Shown piece after piece: positions 60,922 through 64,000 of a stretch of DNA of 64,000 bases. This stretch comes from Epithemia pelagica. Taxonomy: Eukaryota; Protista; Bacillariophyta. Numbering within the stretch: position 1 is the first letter of the stretch; each line of letters opens with the position of its first letter. Where the stretch lies: positions 6,919,077-6,983,076 of the forward strand of contig OX337228.1 in assembly GCA_946965045.2 (NCBI GenBank), written 5' to 3'. Made by a program: the position numbers and the translations under genes. A model generated the notes under the pieces. The model worked only from the letters and a program-made list of their open reading frames with translations. It did no database searches and was not told the origin of the DNA.

Positions 60922-63411
60922 CCCTAAGGGTTTTGCTAGAAATCGACCTTTTTGTCGTGCGCACTAAGCTCATTCTGTAGAATCACATGCGCGACCACAA
61001 AAAGGTCAATTTTGAATCACTGTATTGTTGCGTGCAAAAATTTAATGCAACCACAAAAAGGTCGATTTCGACCACAAGAAGGTCGATTTGCAAACCTACA
61101 TTAACTCTCCATAGTAAACCATATTCCTTCTTGTCGCTCAAAGATTTTGAGGTGAATGATCTCTGGTGTTAGGGCCTTTTCAGTTTTTGAGGTGAATGAC
61201 CCTCTTTAGGGCCTCTTTTTTGGCTGCAAAGGGTCATACGTCCCAAACCTATTTTGACCATAGGAACGACAACAGCCACCATGGAGTTTGACGATTACTT
61301 GGGGCTTGTGGACTTTGCCACACCCTGTGGCTTGGTCTGTAAGCTCTGTGGTGGTGGTTTCCGAGCAAACATGAAGTGTCTTGCCCGCCACGCCAAGACC
61401 TGCTCCAAAATTCATGGGGTGTCCTTTCGCTTTCCTGGGAGACATCTTGGTAACAAAATACACACTCTTGTGGAGAATGCCAACAACCAACCGTTTGATT
61501 GTTTCATTCATGAGTCAAATGATACAAGAATCAAGTATTTCTGTAGTGACTGTGACAAGATGTTTCATGTGAAGCTTTTGTGCGAGAAGCACGTTGCTGG
61601 TTGTTGCGCTAGTGCCAAAGTCATTGCCAAGACTTTCCTCAAGCTGAAGTGTGGATGCTTCATGCCAAGGCCCCAAAGAGAAACCATGCAGCAAGAAACC
61701 AACTGGACCCCAATAATTCAAGTTGAGAATTCAACATTTACCATGCCGCTGCCCTGCAGCAGGTTACCCAACGAGTTTGCAAGTTCGATTGAACCATTAT
61801 TGCATCCAAGCGACACTTTGGGAAGGTGGCCCGATGTACTGAGTAATATGATTCCTGGCACGTTGGAGAATGCCCTTGGAGACATTGAACAAGGAATTAT
61901 GTTTGAAGCCGAGTATCATAAGAGAGGAAATAACACTGCAATCAACCGACTCTATCAGGTTGGTTGTTACCTTCTGGACAGGATGGCTTCGATCGTAATG
62001 GGGATTCCAGCAGACATTCGGAGTCGGATTGCTAAGTTTGCTTTCCATGATGGTGATGTGGATCACTCATGGAATTTCAGCCATCGACATGATTATGACA
62101 AACGAGTGAAACCTCTACTCCTCTCTCTCTTGTGTTTCCTGCATCAGAGGCAGTGGAAGAGATGGGACTATTTTTGCCACCAGGTTGAAGGTGATGGATT
62201 CTCTGTGGACACTGCATTCCAAAATTGTGTTCTTGGGTCACTCCTGACAGAGTTGGTACTCGACAATGAGATTTCTTCTTGGTCCGACTCAGGGGTAGTG
62301 TTACTGTTCTCTCGGCAGAGGTTGTTCACTAAGACGAAGAATGGCTTGAGGTTGAAATCATGTGGAGTTGCCGCTCAAGAACTCGGTGAGTCCCCCTTTC
62401 CCCCTGTCAATGAATATACTTGGTTGTTCAAATCTCATGTCTTCTTTCATCTCTTTCTAGCTGACCTTTTACATCTGCTTCGCTGTGGGGTTGCGGCTGG
62501 CTTAAAGTACTACGATGGGCAGGGCAAGTTGGTCGAGCAGGTCATGGAACGGTACAGACATTGTCCTACAATACACTTTCTCTGTCCTAAGATTTATTCT
62601 TTGAGGAAGCAATATCAAGAGAAGCCTCCTAAAAGGGAGGTTGTGGTCGATGAGTTCTTCAATATCATTGTTGATGGACATGCATTCCAAAAAGCACATT
62701 GGTCTAAGGTCGTTCCTACGGTTGTGGAAAAGGCCCATGGTATTTTTGATGCATGCTTTGTCGGAAAGGCATCCGAGAAATTCCTCTGCTTAGATGGTGA
62801 CTTGACTATTGTGGAGTGGTCCAAGGGTTTGGGATCGCTGCCAGATGGTACCAACACACAAGATTTGGAATGCAAGGAACTGGTGAAAAGTCAGTTCGAA
62901 CGACTAACTGCCTTGATGGAATTTGCCATCCACGGTTTTGGCTGTGGTGCAGATCGGTTCTCAGAGGTCCATTGTCTCGATGTGACTCAGCTTCGGTGGA
63001 AAAATACAAACTACCAAGATTTATATGTTTCTGCACCGAGTCGTAAACAACCCAAACTGCAAGCTTATGATCGACCCCCCGTTGAACACAAGATGCCTCG
63101 GATCATAGCAAGGTGTCTATTTCTCTACAGAGTTGTGGTGCTGAAAGTTTGGAATGGGCCCAATGCAAGGAGATTTTTTCCACAATATGGTAATGACCGG
63201 AGGTTTTTCTTTGAGGATGTTGCCCAAGAGATTTTCAGCTTGGATAGTCGTCCTGGTTCGGTGGTTGTTCGACAGTTCTGGACTTCTCTTGTGAACTTGC
63301 TCTTTCCAGACAGCAACAGTCAGGCATTGGTCTCTTCAACAGCATTGAGTGAGTTGAGTAAGCACTCCCAACAGACTGCAATGTCCAACTACCAGACACG
63401 CGTGAGCAACA
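60922..63411 (+). mobile_element. Tyrosine-recombinase-encoding element, left end intact, right part replaced by telomere
   Basis: CCCTAAGGG terminus; subterminal ACCACAAAAAGGTCGATTT motif as 1 inverted (60940) and 3 direct copies (60994, 61050, 61071); long ORF. Confidence 0.7.
61281..63411 (+). CDS. ~685-aa zinc-finger plus tyrosine-recombinase-like protein with no stop codon (intron 62386-62460)
   Basis: GCCACCATGG start; CKLC..H..C and CSDCDKMF..KHV..C fingers; HGFGCGADRFSE (R), SRKQ (K), VRQFW (R), SKHSQQTAMSNY (H, Y at 63390). My codon-by-codon translation is open into the telomere. Confidence 0.75.
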
Positions 63412-64000
63412 TTAGGGTTAGGGTTAGGGTTAGGTTTAGGGTTAGGTTTAGGGTTAGGGTTAGGGTTAGGGTTAGGGTTAGGGTTAGGGTTAGGGTTAGG
63501 GTTAGGGTTAGGGTTAGGGTTAGGGTTAGGGTTAGGGTTAGGGTTAGGGTTAGGGTTAGGGTTAGGGTTAGGGTTAGGGTTAGGGTTAGGGTTAGGGTTA
63601 GGGTTAGGGTTAGGGTTAGGGTTAGGGTTAGGGTTAGGGTTAGGGTTAGGGTTAGGGTTAGGGTTAGGGTTAGGGTTAGGGTTAGGGTTAGGGTTAGGGT
63701 TAGGGTTAGGGTTAGGGTTAGGGTTAGGGTTAGGGTTAGGGTTAGGGTTAGGGTTAGGGTTAGGGTTAGGGTTAGGGTTAGGGTTAGGGTTAGGGTTAGG
63801 GTTAGGGTTAGGGTTAGGGTTAGGGTTAGGGTTAGGGTTAGGGTTAGGGTTAGGGTTAGGGTTAGGGTTAGGGTTAGGGTTAGGGTTAGGGTTAGGGTTA
63901 GGGTTAGGGTTAGGGTTAGGGTTAGGGTTAGGGTTAGGGTTAGGGTTAGGGTTAGGGTTAGGGTTAGGGTTAGGGTTAGGGTTAGGGTTAGGGTTAGGGT
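63412..64000 (+). repeat. Telomere (TTAGGG)n, about 98 units, with two TTAGGT variants near the junction
   Basis: Seen directly; variant units at about 63430-63450. Confidence 0.99.

Noticed and set aside
1-64000. rRNA, tRNA or snRNA genes
   Set aside because: None recognised by eye; tRNAscan-SE and Infernal would be needed to exclude them.

Overview
Eukaryotic chromosome end, most likely a pennate diatom (bipartite plastid presequences ending in A-F, short GT-AG introns, a (TTAGGG)n telomere at 63412-64000). There are four zones. (1) 1-18.6 kb: a ~7 kb segmental duplication (982-7948 vs 11572-18577) carrying damaged genes (EngB GTPase, TPR, F-box) and an orphan element whose ORF is followed by an array of G-U-rich hairpins with cUUCGg loops; a J-domain relic and an SF1/BBP gene with an in-frame stop lie between the copies. 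(2) 18.9-38.1 kb: long intronless low-complexity genes. (3) 38.8-54 kb: intact genes (plastid membrane protein, TauD-family dioxygenase, CYP97, an orphan ORF between direct repeats, a myristoylation-motif protein, a highly divergent membrane-anchored Hsp70-like protein) plus two MITE copies. (4) 54.4-64 kb: a subtelomere with a UPF2 relic, a 69-bp micro-MITE, five co-oriented CCCTAAGG junctions each opening a repeat-rich element end, a RecQ-type C-terminal fragment, and a ~685-codon zinc-finger plus tyrosine-recombinase-like ORF. That ORF is missing from the ORF track because it has no stop and runs in frame into the telomere. The best candidate for a new system is a family of tyrosine-recombinase/RecQ elements that integrate at a telomere-like CCCTAAGG site. 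All domain calls are by-eye motif matches and identity figures are rough visual estimates; no searches were run.
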